This document shows, in pieces, positions 43,720 through 54,009 of a DNA stretch of 64,000 nt. Numbering within the stretch: the first letter of the stretch is position 1; the number at the start of each line of letters is the position of its first letter. Both the position numbers and the translations under genes were made by a program. Under the pieces are notes generated by a model. The model did not search any database, was not told the origin of the DNA, and worked only from the letters and a program-made list of their open reading frames with translations. The stretch lies in assembly GCA_963704905.1 (NCBI GenBank), contig CAVPHZ010000001.1:387438-451437 (forward strand), written 5' to 3'. Source of the DNA: Candidatus Chisholmbacteria bacterium. Its GTDB lineage: Bacteria; Patescibacteriota; Microgenomatia; UBA1400; Chisholmbacteraceae.

Positions 43720-44643
43720 GTGGAACTTGCTTCAAATCATATTAAGCGATCTCAAATTACATTGTTTCAAGACTCTTTGTTTGACTGGTATCGACGGAAT
43801 AAGCGACCTCTACCGTGGAGAGGTGGAAAACGGCATGGTCAGCGAGATCCGTATTCAATCTTCGTGTCTGAGATCATGCTTCAGCAGACACAAGTGGATC
43901 GAGTGATTCCCTATTATAAAAAGTGGATGCTCCGATGGCCCACAGTTGGTCATTTGGCACGGGCACGGCGAGCGACGATTATTAAAGCTTGGGCTGGCTT
44001 AGGGTATAACCGGCGAGCGGTTTATTTACATACAGCTGCCCGGCAGGTAGTTTCTGAGTTTGGTGGTGTTTTTCCAAGCGTTGAAGAGGCGCTTATGCAA
44101 TTGCCGGGTGTTGGTTGCTATACTGCGCGGGCGATTCGTGCGTTTGCATACGGTGAAGATGTTGGAGTATTGGATACGAATACAAAACGAGTGTTGCTTC
44201 GAGTGTTCCAAGGCAGGAGTCGGTTGAATCCTACGAATGAACAGCAGTTACTACACTTTGCAGATGAGGTTGTTCCGCATACAAAAGGTGATGAATGGAA
44301 CCAGGCGATGATGGATTTTGGCGCGCTGGTGTGTACAGCGGAAAGACCACTATGCTCTCTATGTCCCTTGAGCGCGAGGTGCAAATGGTACAAAGATGGA
44401 CAGCCTGACGATGAAGATGTCCGACTACCACGAAAAAAGAAACCATTTACAAAGACAGATCGGTATTTTCGGGGGAGGATTGTAGATCGTTTACGAATTT
44501 CTTCAATATCAATTTCAGCTCTTTATCAGGACTTTCACACAACATACAAATTTTCTGATAAGACCAGGTTTGACCGCCTCCTACGAGACCTCCATCAAGA
44601 GGGACTCATTCGGATTAGCGGGTCTTCGGTTTCACTTCCGTAA
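43720..44643 (+). CDS. mutY: A/G-specific adenine glycosylase MutY / HhH-GPD Fe-S glycosylase (short form, no NUDIX-like C-terminal domain)
   Basis: DPYSIFVSEIMLQQTQV, HhH-GPD LPGVGCYTARAI...VLDTN, and 4Fe-4S cluster loop CTAERPLCSLCPLSARC. Confidence 0.7.
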   Translation: MELASNHIKRSQITLFQDSLFDWYRRNKRPLPWRGGKRHGQRDPYSIFVSEIMLQQTQVDRVIPYYKKWMLRWPTVGHLARARRATIIKAWAGLGYNRRAVYLHTAARQVVSEFGGVFPSVEEALMQLPGVGCYTARAIRAFAYGEDVGVLDTNTKRVLLRVFQGRSRLNPTNEQQLLHFADEVVPHTKGDEWNQAMMDFGALVCTAERPLCSLCPLSARCKWYKDGQPDDEDVRLPRKKKPFTKTDRYFRGRIVDRLRISSISISALYQDFHTTYKFSDKTRFDRLLRDLHQEGLIRISGSSVSLP

Positions 44644-44722
44644 TTCTACTTAATTGTGATTGATTGACGCATCTTTTTCCTCATGCTAAACTCCTACAAT
44701 CCTAGTAGTAGTTTAAGTACCT

Positions 44723-45115
44723 ATGATAAAGATCTCTCGGAAAGCTGATTATGCCCTGCTTCTTTTAACTGCATTGTCAAAGCTTGGAAGAGGAAATGTT
44801 ATATCACTGAAGACGATTTCACATGAGCGGAAGATGCCATATAGCTATCTGTCTCAGATTGCACCTGTATTAGTTGAAGCCGGGATACTTGGAAGCAAAG
44901 AAGGTGCTGGAGGAGGTTATTTTCTCAAGAAAAAACCCGAACTAATCAGCGTGGGTGAGGTGCTTGAGCTATTAGAAGGGCCAGTCTCGCCTATTGCATG
45001 TATGCGGGATGGGTGTTTGTGTGAACCGTATTGTGTTCAGAAGAGTGTCATGAAAAAAATGGCAAACAGCATGAGTAAGGCAATGGCCGGTTATACGTTG
45101 GCTGATTTAACTTAA
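44723..45115 (+). CDS. Rrf2-family transcriptional regulator (IscR/SufR-like)
   Basis: MIKISRKADYALLLL... wHTH start, three Cys (CMRDGCLCEPYC) consistent with Fe-S sensing, located upstream of suf genes. Confidence 0.8.
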   Translation: MIKISRKADYALLLLTALSKLGRGNVISLKTISHERKMPYSYLSQIAPVLVEAGILGSKEGAGGGYFLKKKPELISVGEVLELLEGPVSPIACMRDGCLCEPYCVQKSVMKKMANSMSKAMAGYTLADLT

Positions 45116-45135
45116 TTTACCTATTATTACCTGTT

Positions 45136-45729
45136 ATGATCGAGATATTTCTTGATGTCGAAACGCAAAAAGCTTTTTCTGAAGTTGATGGCTTTGATCC
45201 TGCACAATTGAAAGTGAGTTATGTCGGCGTGTGTCGACGTGATAGTTCTTCATCCAGTGCAGATGAGTTTGTTGGGTTTTTTGAGGATAGGCTTTCTGAT
45301 TTATGGCCGATATTAGAACAATCTGACCGAATTGTCGGCTTTAATATTGTTGGATTTGATTTTCCTGTGCTGGCTCCTTATTATCATGGAGATTTTAAAG
45401 ATCTTCCGGTCTTAGACATTCTTGATGAAGTCAAAAAGGGAGTGGGACATAGAGTGAGTTTGAATGCTATTGCTAAGGAGACACTCGGAGTACAGAAATC
45501 TGGATCTGGTTTGGATGCACTACGATACTTTGAGCAAGGGAAGCTTGACGAGCTGGCAAAATATTGCCTGATGGATGTACGGATCACGCGGGATGTGTAT
45601 GACTTCGGAAAGAAGGAGCGACATTTGAAATTTCTCAATAAGTGGAATCGAGTTATTTCTGTACCGGTTGATTTTTCTTATCCAGATGATGAGAGTGGCT
45701 CGAAGGTGCAGATGTCCTTGGGAGTTTGA
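45136..45729 (+). CDS. DEDDy-type 3'-5' exonuclease (RNase H-like, PolB-exonuclease-related, COG3298-like)
   Basis: Exo I LDVETQ, Exo II IVGFNIVGFDFPVL, Exo III YCLMDVRITRDVY. Confidence 0.5.
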   Translation: MIEIFLDVETQKAFSEVDGFDPAQLKVSYVGVCRRDSSSSSADEFVGFFEDRLSDLWPILEQSDRIVGFNIVGFDFPVLAPYYHGDFKDLPVLDILDEVKKGVGHRVSLNAIAKETLGVQKSGSGLDALRYFEQGKLDELAKYCLMDVRITRDVYDFGKKERHLKFLNKWNRVISVPVDFSYPDDESGSKVQMSLGV

Positions 45730-45753
45730 AGTAACGATAATTCAGGTGCTACT

Positions 45754-46491
45754 ATGCTTGCAATTAATGATTTGCATGTGTCAGTTGAACATACGCCGAT
45801 TTTGAAGGGTGTTAACCTCAGCGTACGTCCTGGGGAAGTGCATGCAATTATGGGTCCGAACGGGAGCGGAAAAAGTACTCTCGGCTATGCCCTTATGGGT
45901 CATCCGAATTACTCAATAGATGCTGGTCGAGTGACACTGGATCGCAAGGCGCTTCTATCTAAGACACCTGATCAGCGAGCGAAGATGGGGCTGTTTCTGG
46001 CGTTTCAATATCCCGTAAGTGTGGAAGGTGTGAGTGTGCAAAATTTTCTTCGTCAAGCAAGCGAAGCAATACATGGAACTTCGAAATTATCAGTTCTTGA
46101 TTTTCGAAGGAAGCTTGCAGTTCAAGCTGGGAAGCTTGGTATTTCCGAGGAGCTTATAAAGCGGTCACTTAATGATGGTTTTAGCGGTGGGGAAAAGAAG
46201 CGGATTGAGATCTTGCAAATGGCAACACTCGACCCAAAATATGTCATTCTTGATGAGACTGATAGTGGATTGGATATCGATGCATTAAAGATTGTATCGA
46301 AGGGTATTGATCAAGTACGCAAAAATAATAAGAAGCTTGGTGTTGTACTTATTACTCATTACCAACGAATTTTACGTTTTATTAGGCCAGATTTTGTTCA
46401 TGTCATGGTTGAGGGGAAAATTGTACAGAGTGGGGGTAAAGAATTGGCTCAGGAGCTGGAAAAGAAGGGGTATCGACCGTATTTAACTTAA
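45754..46491 (+). CDS. sufC: Fe-S cluster assembly ATPase SufC
   Basis: Walker A GPNGSGKST, signature FSGGEKKR, Walker B ILDETDSGLD, H-loop. Confidence 0.9.
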   Translation: MLAINDLHVSVEHTPILKGVNLSVRPGEVHAIMGPNGSGKSTLGYALMGHPNYSIDAGRVTLDRKALLSKTPDQRAKMGLFLAFQYPVSVEGVSVQNFLRQASEAIHGTSKLSVLDFRRKLAVQAGKLGISEELIKRSLNDGFSGGEKKRIEILQMATLDPKYVILDETDSGLDIDALKIVSKGIDQVRKNNKKLGVVLITHYQRILRFIRPDFVHVMVEGKIVQSGGKELAQELEKKGYRPYLT

Positions 46492-46506
46492 GTTTCAATC
46501 GTCATT

Positions 46507-47937
46507 ATGGCTAGATTTGTACCAATACTGACTAAAAAACCTACTTCGCAAGAGCTTGGCGGTGCATATCGGTTTGGTTTTTCAAAACCAACAAGTGACT
46601 ATGCATTTATGAGCAAGCCCGGACTTACAAAGCGGATTGTGCGCGAAATTTCGGATATTAAATCCGAACCTCCTTGGATGCTGAAACAGCGGATCCGAGC
46701 ATATGAACTATTTCAAGCTAAACCGATACCTCTTTGGGGAGGAGATTTGGTCTCAATTGATTATGGTTCTATTCACTATTATCTGCGACCGACGGAACAG
46801 CAGGAGCGGCGATGGGAGGATGTACCACCGGATATCAAAGAGACCTTTGACCGCTTAGGTATTCCAGAAGCAGAGCGCAAAGCTTTAGCAGGTGTGAAGG
46901 CGCAATACGACTCAGAGGTAGTGTATGGGTCGATTAAAGCCACACTGGAAAAGCAAGGTGTTGTGTTTCTGGGGATGGATGAAGCATTGCTTAAACATCC
47001 TGATATGGTTAAAGAATACTTTGGAAAGATCATTCCAGCAGGAGACAATAAGTTTGCAGCACTCAATAGTGCTGTGTGGAGTGGTGGGAGTTTTGTGTAT
47101 GTTCCGCCTAATGTAACGGTGACCTTACCTCTTCAAGCATACTTTCGAATTAATGCCCCGAATGCTGGACAATTTGAACGGACGCTCATCATTGCCGATG
47201 AAGGAAGTTCGGTGCACTATGTTGAGGGATGCACAGCCCCTGCATATTCGAGTGAGTCGCTTCACTCGGCAGTGGTGGAGATTTTTGTGAAGCGAGGAGC
47301 AAGAGTGCAATACACGACGGTGCAGAATTGGTACAAGACGGTTTATAACCTGGTGACTAAGCGCACTTGGGTCGAAGAGGAAGGTGAGATGGTGTGGACA
47401 GATTTTAATATGGGAAGCAAGCTCACCATGAAATATCCATCATTCATCCTGGCTGGGAAGGGAGCTCGCGGAGAGACTCTGTCTATGGCAATGGCCGGTT
47501 CAGGCCAACACCAAGATACTGGAAGCAAGGCAATCCACCTGGCTCCACATACGACCAGTACGATTATTAGCAAATCCATTAGTAAAGATGGTGGGCGGAC
47601 GAGCTATCGAGGCTTAGTCTCGATAGGTCCGAAAGCTAGGAATGCAAAAAGTAAAGTGGTTTGTGATGCACTTCTGCTTGATCCTGAAAGTCGGAGTGAT
47701 ACGTATCCCACTAATCGAATTCTCAACAATGATGTGTCACTTGAGCATGAAGCAACGGTATCAAAGATCGGTGCGGATCAGTTGTTCTATCTTATGAGCA
47801 GAGGCCTCACTGAGTCAGCGGCGAGCAAGATGATTGTTTCTGGATTTGTTGAGCCACTTATTAAGAAACTACCCTTAGAATATGCTGTGGAGATGAATAG
47901 ACTTATCGACATGGAGATGGAAGGAAGCATCGGTTAA
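46507..47937 (+). CDS. sufB: Fe-S cluster assembly protein SufB
   Basis: 476 aa with conserved SufB core ([21 protein letters not shown]...) and C-terminal [13 protein letters not shown]. Confidence 0.9.
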   Translation: MARFVPILTKKPTSQELGGAYRFGFSKPTSDYAFMSKPGLTKRIVREISDIKSEPPWMLKQRIRAYELFQAKPIPLWGGDLVSIDYGSIHYYLRPTEQQERRWEDVPPDIKETFDRLGIPEAERKALAGVKAQYDSEVVYGSIKATLEKQGVVFLGMDEALLKHPDMVKEYFGKIIPAGDNKFAALNSAVWSGGSFVYVPPNVTVTLPLQAYFRINAPNAGQFERTLIIADEGSSVHYVEGCTAPAYSSESLHSAVVEIFVKRGARVQYTTVQNWYKTVYNLVTKRTWVEEEGEMVWTDFNMGSKLTMKYPSFILAGKGARGETLSMAMAGSGQHQDTGSKAIHLAPHTTSTIISKSISKDGGRTSYRGLVSIGPKARNAKSKVVCDALLLDPESRSDTYPTNRILNNDVSLEHEATVSKIGADQLFYLMSRGLTESAASKMIVSGFVEPLIKKLPLEYAVEMNRLIDMEMEGSIG

Positions 47938-47965
47938 TTTTTTAATTATCCTTGAGACAACGCTA

Positions 47966-48472
47966 ATGAAAACTTATATTGTAAAGCGGAATGAGGAGAA
48001 GCAGATAGTGATTCGGAAACAGGGGTCGTATACTGTTGAACTGGTGGGACGTGGTGCGCGGGTGGAGATTCTTGGAGCGTTTATTGCACAAGGAAGCAAG
48101 CAGATTGCTGTTGACGTTACAACGCTCCATAAAGCAGAGGATACCAGTGCTGATACGTTTATTCGAGCGGTTGCTCGAGATCGAGCGAAGGTGATACTAT
48201 CGGGGATGATCAAAATTGCGAAAGGGGCTCAGAAGACGAATGCGTTTTTGACTGAAAATGTGCTTTTGTTGTCTGATACGGCTCAGGCAGATGCGATTCC
48301 GAACTTGGAGATTGAGGCAGATGATGTGAAAGCTTCACATGCAGCTACAGTGGGGAAGATTGATGAAGAACAGGTGTTTTATCTCATGAGTCGAGGCATA
48401 TCAGGTAAAATAGCGGAGCAAATGATTGTTGATGGGTTTCTAGGAGCTGTGAGGGAGCGAATTAGAGAGTAA
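47966..48472 (+). CDS. sufD: SufD-like protein (short form)
   Basis: 168 aa retaining the SufBD beta-helix and C-terminal EEQVFYLMSRGI motif. Shorter than canonical SufD. Confidence 0.65.
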   Translation: MKTYIVKRNEEKQIVIRKQGSYTVELVGRGARVEILGAFIAQGSKQIAVDVTTLHKAEDTSADTFIRAVARDRAKVILSGMIKIAKGAQKTNAFLTENVLLLSDTAQADAIPNLEIEADDVKASHAATVGKIDEEQVFYLMSRGISGKIAEQMIVDGFLGAVRERIRE

Positions 48473-48481
48473 GTACATCGT

Positions 48482-49714
48482 ATGGTGAAGATTGATCGTT
48501 TATCCATCCGAGAAGATTTTCCTATTTTGAAGCGAAATGTTCATGGAAAATCACTTGTGTATCTTGATAATGCGGCGACGAGCCAGAAGCCGAAGGAAGT
48601 GATATCTGCAATTTCTGAGTATTATCGAAAGCATAATGCCAATGTGCATAGAGGAATTCATGTGCTTGGTGATGAGTCGACAAGTCTCTATGCGGAGGCT
48701 CGTAACACTGTTTCCACATTTATTGGTGCTGGAGACTCTCGTGAGTTGGTGTTTGTGCGAAATGCTACTGAGGCAATTAACTTGGTTGCATACTCATGGG
48801 GAATGTCAAATATTTCAAAGGGGGATGTCATTTTAACCACTCAAATGGAGCATCACTCCAACATTGTTCCCTGGCAGATGTTGGCTCAGCGAGTTGGAGG
48901 TCGATTAAAATATGTGCGAGTCACTCCTGAGGGTTTATTGGATGTTGATGATTATAAGAGTAAACTTCGTTTGAAGCCGAAGCTTGTTGTTTTGGTTCAC
49001 GTCAGTAACTTTTTAGGAACCATTAATCCCATTGAAGAGTTCACACTGCTTGCTCATAACGCTGGTGCTCGAGTACTTGTTGATGGAGCGCAAGCAGTTC
49101 CCCATCTTCCCGTTGATGTTGGCGAACTTGGTGTTGATTTTTATGCTTTTTCTGGGCACAAGATGCTTGGACCGATGGGCATCGGTGGTTTGTGGGTCAG
49201 AGGCGAAATACTTTCAGATATGAAACCTTTTCTTACTGGCGGAGGGACTATTTCTGAAGTATATGAAGATCATACTGTTTTTACCAATTTGCCAGATCGA
49301 TTTGATGCAGGAACTCCAAATGTCGCGGGGGCTGTCGGACTGGCTGAGGCAACATCGTACCTCTCGACAATTGGCATGAAGAACATCTTGTTGCATGAGC
49401 AAGAGTTGGCGATGGAACTCATACATCACCTTGACTCACTTGGATTTGTTACTATTTATGGTCCACGGGAACAGGAAATGCGAGGAGGTTTGGTTGCATT
49501 TGAAGTCAGCGGTGTCCATGCACATGATGTTGCGCAAGTGCTTGATAGTGAAGGAGTTGCGGTGCGCAGCGGACATCATTGTACGATGCTGATGCATCAG
49601 AAGCTTGGAGTTTCAGGAACTACACGGGCGAGTTTTGCTCTATACAATACAAAAGAGGATATTCGGCGATTAATTGAGGGTTTGCATAAAGTAAAAAAGG
49701 TTTTTCAGTTGTAA
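48482..49714 (+). CDS. sufS: Cysteine desulfurase SufS (class V aminotransferase)
   Basis: PLP-lysine region SGHKMLGPMGIGGLWVR and catalytic Cys loop RSGHHCTMLM. Confidence 0.9.
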   Translation: MVKIDRLSIREDFPILKRNVHGKSLVYLDNAATSQKPKEVISAISEYYRKHNANVHRGIHVLGDESTSLYAEARNTVSTFIGAGDSRELVFVRNATEAINLVAYSWGMSNISKGDVILTTQMEHHSNIVPWQMLAQRVGGRLKYVRVTPEGLLDVDDYKSKLRLKPKLVVLVHVSNFLGTINPIEEFTLLAHNAGARVLVDGAQAVPHLPVDVGELGVDFYAFSGHKMLGPMGIGGLWVRGEILSDMKPFLTGGGTISEVYEDHTVFTNLPDRFDAGTPNVAGAVGLAEATSYLSTIGMKNILLHEQELAMELIHHLDSLGFVTIYGPREQEMRGGLVAFEVSGVHAHDVAQVLDSEGVAVRSGHHCTMLMHQKLGVSGTTRASFALYNTKEDIRRLIEGLHKVKKVFQL

Positions 49715-49718
49715 GCAT

Positions 49719-50099
49719 ATGGACATTTATCGTGAAGAGATCTTAGATCACTATAAGAATCCGAGAAATTTTGGTGATCTTGAGAATGCCACTCATTCTG
49801 CCCGCGAAGCAAATGCAAGTTGTGGTGACTTGATAGAACTTTCAATTCAGGTTAGTAATACTGGTAGGGGCAAAGTAATCCAAGATGTACGTTTCAAGGG
49901 AATCGGTTGTGCGTTATCAACTGCTAGTTCCAGCCTGCTCAGTGAAAAGTTGAAAGGGATGTCTGTAGAGGCTGTTTTGAAGTTATCAATTGATGATGTT
50001 GTAGAGCTCCTCGGTTCTGAGATAAGTACTACCAGAATGAAATGTGTGGCTCTACCACTTCGAGCATTACAACGTGCATTAGGTGTAGTGGATGACTAA
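49719..50099 (+). CDS. sufU: Fe-S cluster scaffold SufU/IscU-like (NifU N-terminal domain)
   Basis: HYKNPRNFG...ASCGDLIEL...GIGCALSTAS, the conserved three-Cys NifU_N pattern. Confidence 0.85.
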   Translation: MDIYREEILDHYKNPRNFGDLENATHSAREANASCGDLIELSIQVSNTGRGKVIQDVRFKGIGCALSTASSSLLSEKLKGMSVEAVLKLSIDDVVELLGSEISTTRMKCVALPLRALQRALGVVDD

Positions 50100-50712
50100 C
50101 AAAGTTAAGCTTATGAAGCTAGTGAACCAGGCAGTACGTGTTCTGAGATCTGATGGGTTAGTGGTTTTTGCAACCGATACGGTATGGGGTGTTGGAGCGT
50201 CTATTGATTCGGAGCAAGGGATTGAATATTTATATAAGATCAAGCAGCGATCCCACACCAAACCAACAGCCGTGCTGGTTGCAGACCTTGAAATGGCTGA
50301 GCGGTATGGAGTGTTTGATGATCGCGCGCGCGCGCTAGCTCAACGCCATTGGCCTGGGGGATTAACAATTATTGTACCTGCTCGTAAAGCACCAGTTAGT
50401 TCACTCCTGCGGGGCAGCGGAAACACAATAGGACTGCGTGTTCCTGACCATCCTACAATATTGGCTTTATTGAAAGAACTTGGATCTGGTGTTGTGTCAG
50501 GATCAGCTAATATTGCCGGAGCGATTGCTCCAAGGACATATGATGAACTTGATCATACCCTAATTGTGCAGGTTGATTTTGTGCTGTGGCCGAAGGGTTC
50601 TTCACATATCACTAGTTTATTTGAAGCGGGTGGTCAGCTACCATCGACAGTAGTGAGTGTCGAAAGAACTGGTCAGGTGAAGATACTTCGAGAGGGTCCA
50701 GTGGTCATTTGA
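50092..50712 (+). CDS. tsaC: L-threonylcarbamoyladenylate synthase TsaC/YrdC (t6A biosynthesis)
   Basis: YrdC/Sua5 motifs VVFATDTVWGVGA, KPTAVLV, GLRVPDHP, SGSANIAG. 8-nt overlap with sufU. Confidence 0.8.
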   Translation: MTNKVKLMKLVNQAVRVLRSDGLVVFATDTVWGVGASIDSEQGIEYLYKIKQRSHTKPTAVLVADLEMAERYGVFDDRARALAQRHWPGGLTIIVPARKAPVSSLLRGSGNTIGLRVPDHPTILALLKELGSGVVSGSANIAGAIAPRTYDELDHTLIVQVDFVLWPKGSSHITSLFEAGGQLPSTVVSVERTGQVKILREGPVVI

Positions 50713-50765
50713 TTGCTGCATTTTATGATTGGTCTTTCACCTTTTAGTTTTTCCAATTACAATAC

Positions 50766-51500
50766 GTGTATATGGGACTGGTAAAATACATTGCAAAAGT
50801 TCGATCGCATGAACTTTTATCAGGTAAATTTCAGTATGTTGACTTTGAGCTGATTAAACCGACTAGGTTAGAATTTCAGGCTGGTCAGTATTTGATGATG
50901 CATGTTCCTGCGGTTGATCAGCGAAAATCCTACTCAATTGCGTCTGCCCCAGCTCAAAATCACTCTGTTGAAATTTTAGTTGATATTTCTCCTGGTGGAG
51001 AGGGATCGTTGTTTTTAGCCTCGCTAGCTCCTGGTGATGAAGTTGATTTCACGGCACCTGTTGGGCAATTTGTGGTTGTTGATCCAAAGACCCCATTAGG
51101 TCGGGAAGAGCAGAAATTACTTTTTGTAGCAACTGGAAGCGGAATTTCACCTATTCGCAGTCAGATGCTTGATCTTTTGCAAACGAAACATGATACTCGT
51201 GAGATATTTCTTCATTGGGGAGTGCGGTATGCAGAGGATCTTTTTTGGGTAGAGGATTTTCGGGAAATGAGTGAATATTTTCCTAACTTTCATTTTGATC
51301 TTGTTTTATCTCGACCGCCAGCTCGGTGGCCGTTTTGCTCTGGTTATGTTACCCAGTGTGTTTCTACTCACCATGACAAATTTTCTAATTTCGGTGTGTA
51401 TCTTTGTGGAAACGGAAAGATGATTGCTGATATGAAGACGCTTTTAACTACCCGAGGATTAGCGAAAGAGCATATTCATCATGAGCAATTCTTTGAGTGA
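50766..51500 (+). CDS. FAD/NAD(P)-binding ferredoxin-reductase-type oxidoreductase (FNR-like)
   Basis: FAD-binding RKSYSIAS (RxYS), GGEGS, NAD-binding FVATGSGISP, and a C-terminal C...CG region. Confidence 0.7.
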   Translation: MYMGLVKYIAKVRSHELLSGKFQYVDFELIKPTRLEFQAGQYLMMHVPAVDQRKSYSIASAPAQNHSVEILVDISPGGEGSLFLASLAPGDEVDFTAPVGQFVVVDPKTPLGREEQKLLFVATGSGISPIRSQMLDLLQTKHDTREIFLHWGVRYAEDLFWVEDFREMSEYFPNFHFDLVLSRPPARWPFCSGYVTQCVSTHHDKFSNFGVYLCGNGKMIADMKTLLTTRGLAKEHIHHEQFFE

Positions 51501-51593
51501 GTATTCCGCTTTGCCTTTGAACACTTTTCTTTAGGCTTTACAAACTCTCTTTAAATGCTTTACACTTAACACTTATATGTCAAAGGAGGTTTT

Positions 51594-51890
51594 ATGACGG
51601 ACGATCAAATGCAAACCCAACCACAAGATCAAGGAGGGCAAACTCCGAGTGATGGTTCAGCACAACACGGACGGTATACTGTTGAGGTTATTCGCGACAA
51701 ATGCATAGGGGCTGCAAGTTGCGTTGCGGTAGCGCCATTGACATTTAAGATGGATGACGAGAATAAGGCAATTGTGCTGGCTCAGAAGATGGATAGTGAT
51801 GATAATTTACTGCTAGCTGCGCAGAGTTGCCCAACTGCTGCGATTGTTGTTACCGATGATCAAACAGGTGAACAAATTTGGCCAAAATAG
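51594..51890 (+). CDS. Small ferredoxin (single [3Fe-4S]/[4Fe-4S]-type, Fer4_15-like)
   Basis: VEVIRDKCIGAASCVAVAP...AQSCPTAAI (CxxxxC...CP pattern). Confidence 0.6.
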   Translation: MTDDQMQTQPQDQGGQTPSDGSAQHGRYTVEVIRDKCIGAASCVAVAPLTFKMDDENKAIVLAQKMDSDDNLLLAAQSCPTAAIVVTDDQTGEQIWPK

Positions 51891-51916
51891 ATTTTCAATC
51901 GTTTAATTGAAGTTAT

Positions 51917-51946
51917 TAAATGCTCTGATATATCGGAGCATTTTTA
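51917..51946 (+). terminator. Rho-independent terminator
   Basis: AAATGCTC-(tgatatatcg)-GAGCATTT hairpin with trailing T run, 27 nt after the ferredoxin stop. Confidence 0.6.
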
Positions 51947-52234
51947 TATCCCAGCTTTATTGGCTAAGGAAAGTATTGCAATAATTCCTGCAGATATTAG
52001 CAGCTTTTTAATATACGAGACTTTCGGTAAATATTTTGTGAAGACTGAAGTGTTTTCTTTTGCTACAATTTTGGCAGCTATGTTCATCTAAACCAAGGTA
52101 TCAACTGATCATTCGACTGTCAATACGTATATTACATTTTTAGCTTTCTTAGAGGTGTCTGGTTTCACTTCGTGATATTTTTAGTTGTATTCATTTTAAG
52201 AACATGATAATGTTTAGCATTGTTTGAGGCTGTT

Positions 52235-52870
52235 ATGAATTTAGGATCAAAGGTAGTAATTGCTGTTCTTCTCTTATCGATAGTTGTTGTGGTTGGTGGA
52301 GCATTTATTCTCTCAAATGCCACACAACCTATGCCAGTGGACCCAACTACTCTCGTGGGTGATATTCGTTGGGAAAGAGGAGGAGGTAGCGATGCGAAGA
52401 TCACGATAGTAGAATATTCTGATTTTCAATGTCCTGCTTGTCGTTCAGCTGCGCCCTTCATTAAACAAGTAGTTGAGGAGCATCAAGGACAGGTTAGGCT
52501 TATATATCGTCATTTTCCTCTGATTCAAATTCACCAAAACGCGCTTGATGCGGCTATCGCCACTGAAATTGTTGGTGAGCAAGGTCGTTTTTGGGAGATG
52601 CATGATCTCCTTTTTGTTCGCCAAGATGATTGGTCTCAAGTGGATAATGCTCGAGACCTGTTTGCTCAATATGCTGAAGAGCTAGGAATGAATAGCGATG
52701 AGTTTCTGGCTGGATATGAGAATGATGAGTTTGAGATGAGAGTCCGCAACGATCTTCAAGATGGACGAGTCTTGGGTATTAATTCGACTCCAACTGTTTT
52801 TGTGGGAGAAGAGCGAGTGCAGGTTCAAGAGTTGGCTGGTGTTGTTTCGGCTCAACTTAATCAAGATTAG
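52235..52870 (+). CDS. DsbA-family thiol:disulfide oxidoreductase (membrane-anchored)
   Basis: TM anchor, then KITIVEYSDFQCPACRSAAP (CPAC active site) and a C-terminal cis-Pro region (NSTPTVFV). Confidence 0.75.
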   Translation: MNLGSKVVIAVLLLSIVVVVGGAFILSNATQPMPVDPTTLVGDIRWERGGGSDAKITIVEYSDFQCPACRSAAPFIKQVVEEHQGQVRLIYRHFPLIQIHQNALDAAIATEIVGEQGRFWEMHDLLFVRQDDWSQVDNARDLFAQYAEELGMNSDEFLAGYENDEFEMRVRNDLQDGRVLGINSTPTVFVGEERVQVQELAGVVSAQLNQD

Positions 52871-52973
52871 CTTCTCTTGATTGGCGTCCTTTTTCATGAC
52901 TTTTTCTTTGATTGGTGTTATACTTTCAACAATCCTGCTCGATTGCAGGATTTTTAAATTAGGAAGGGGGTGA

Positions 52974-53489
52974 GTGATCATCATGCAACGACAACGACTT
53001 TTTAGCATTCTTGTCGTGCTTTTAATCGCTGCTGGTCTTTTTTTGTTTTTCCGGGATGGTCGAGTAGAGGATGAGATTTCTCCTGGTGAACAGGTACTTG
53101 TTGAAGATGTTAGTCGGGAGCTTTCAACACAACTTGGAGTTACAATACCGGAAGATGTTGAACGGATTGCCCTTCGTGACGTTCGTGATGAAGGTGCAAC
53201 TGGTTTGGCAACGCGAAGCTACACAGATGAAGTCTTTAGCCACACTATACTCGCAGCTCTTCCAGAATTAATTGCAAACACTCAGTATCAGGGATGGTTG
53301 GTACGTGGATCAGAAGGTGATGGTAATTATTCTGTCATGTCAACAGGCGTTCTTCGTGTATCGAAGGGTGGATTTTTACTTGAGTATTCCAGTTCCGATG
53401 ATTTGCGCGATTACAATCAAGTGTGGGTGACAGTTGAAGTAGAATCGGATGAAGTTCCAGAGACTCGAGTTTTGGAAGGTTCTTTCTAA
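52974..53489 (+). CDS. Hypothetical membrane-anchored extracytoplasmic protein
   Basis: N-terminal TM/signal anchor (LFSILVVLLIAAGLFLFF), then a 140-aa soluble domain. Confidence 0.4.
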   Translation: MIIMQRQRLFSILVVLLIAAGLFLFFRDGRVEDEISPGEQVLVEDVSRELSTQLGVTIPEDVERIALRDVRDEGATGLATRSYTDEVFSHTILAALPELIANTQYQGWLVRGSEGDGNYSVMSTGVLRVSKGGFLLEYSSSDDLRDYNQVWVTVEVESDEVPETRVLEGSF

Positions 53490-53600
53490 TATTTCGGTGA
53501 AATTTGATCTTACCTTGCCAGAGCGGAACATATTTGTATCTCATTTTCTTAGTGAATTTGACACTTGGTCTGCTAGGTGTTTGAATTATCTTAGAGGAAG

Positions 53601-53804
53601 GTGGTGAGTTGTATGCTTCGCGATAAAGATAAGCCAATGGTTTCGAAGTTATTGCAACTTGGCTCACTTATTGCTGTTCTATTTTCATTTGTTGGGGCGT
53701 TTGGAAACGATATTTACTTGGCTAGTACCCAATGGTTGTTGGTTGCAGTTTTGTTGGCCGTTTGGGGTGTGTATCTACTTTTAGAGGCTGAATTTCGATC
53801 TTAA
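53601..53804 (+). CDS. Small two-TM membrane protein (hypothetical)
   Basis: 67 aa with two hydrophobic helices. Confidence 0.3.
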   Translation: MVSCMLRDKDKPMVSKLLQLGSLIAVLFSFVGAFGNDIYLASTQWLLVAVLLAVWGVYLLLEAEFRS

Positions 53805-54009
53805 GTTATCTTAAACTTTTACTGTTGTATTCTTTTCTTCTTTGTATGTACAGTTTCCCCTTTACTTATATTTTGTTCTTCCAGGTTTGCTACTTGCATT
53901 CTTCTCTGGTGCCCTGGTATACTTCTCTGGATACTCAAGACTGCCTCGAGTAGAAGCTCTATTGAACTATTACATCTTATCTCCTGCTCATGGAGGGAGG
54001 TGAGAGCGA

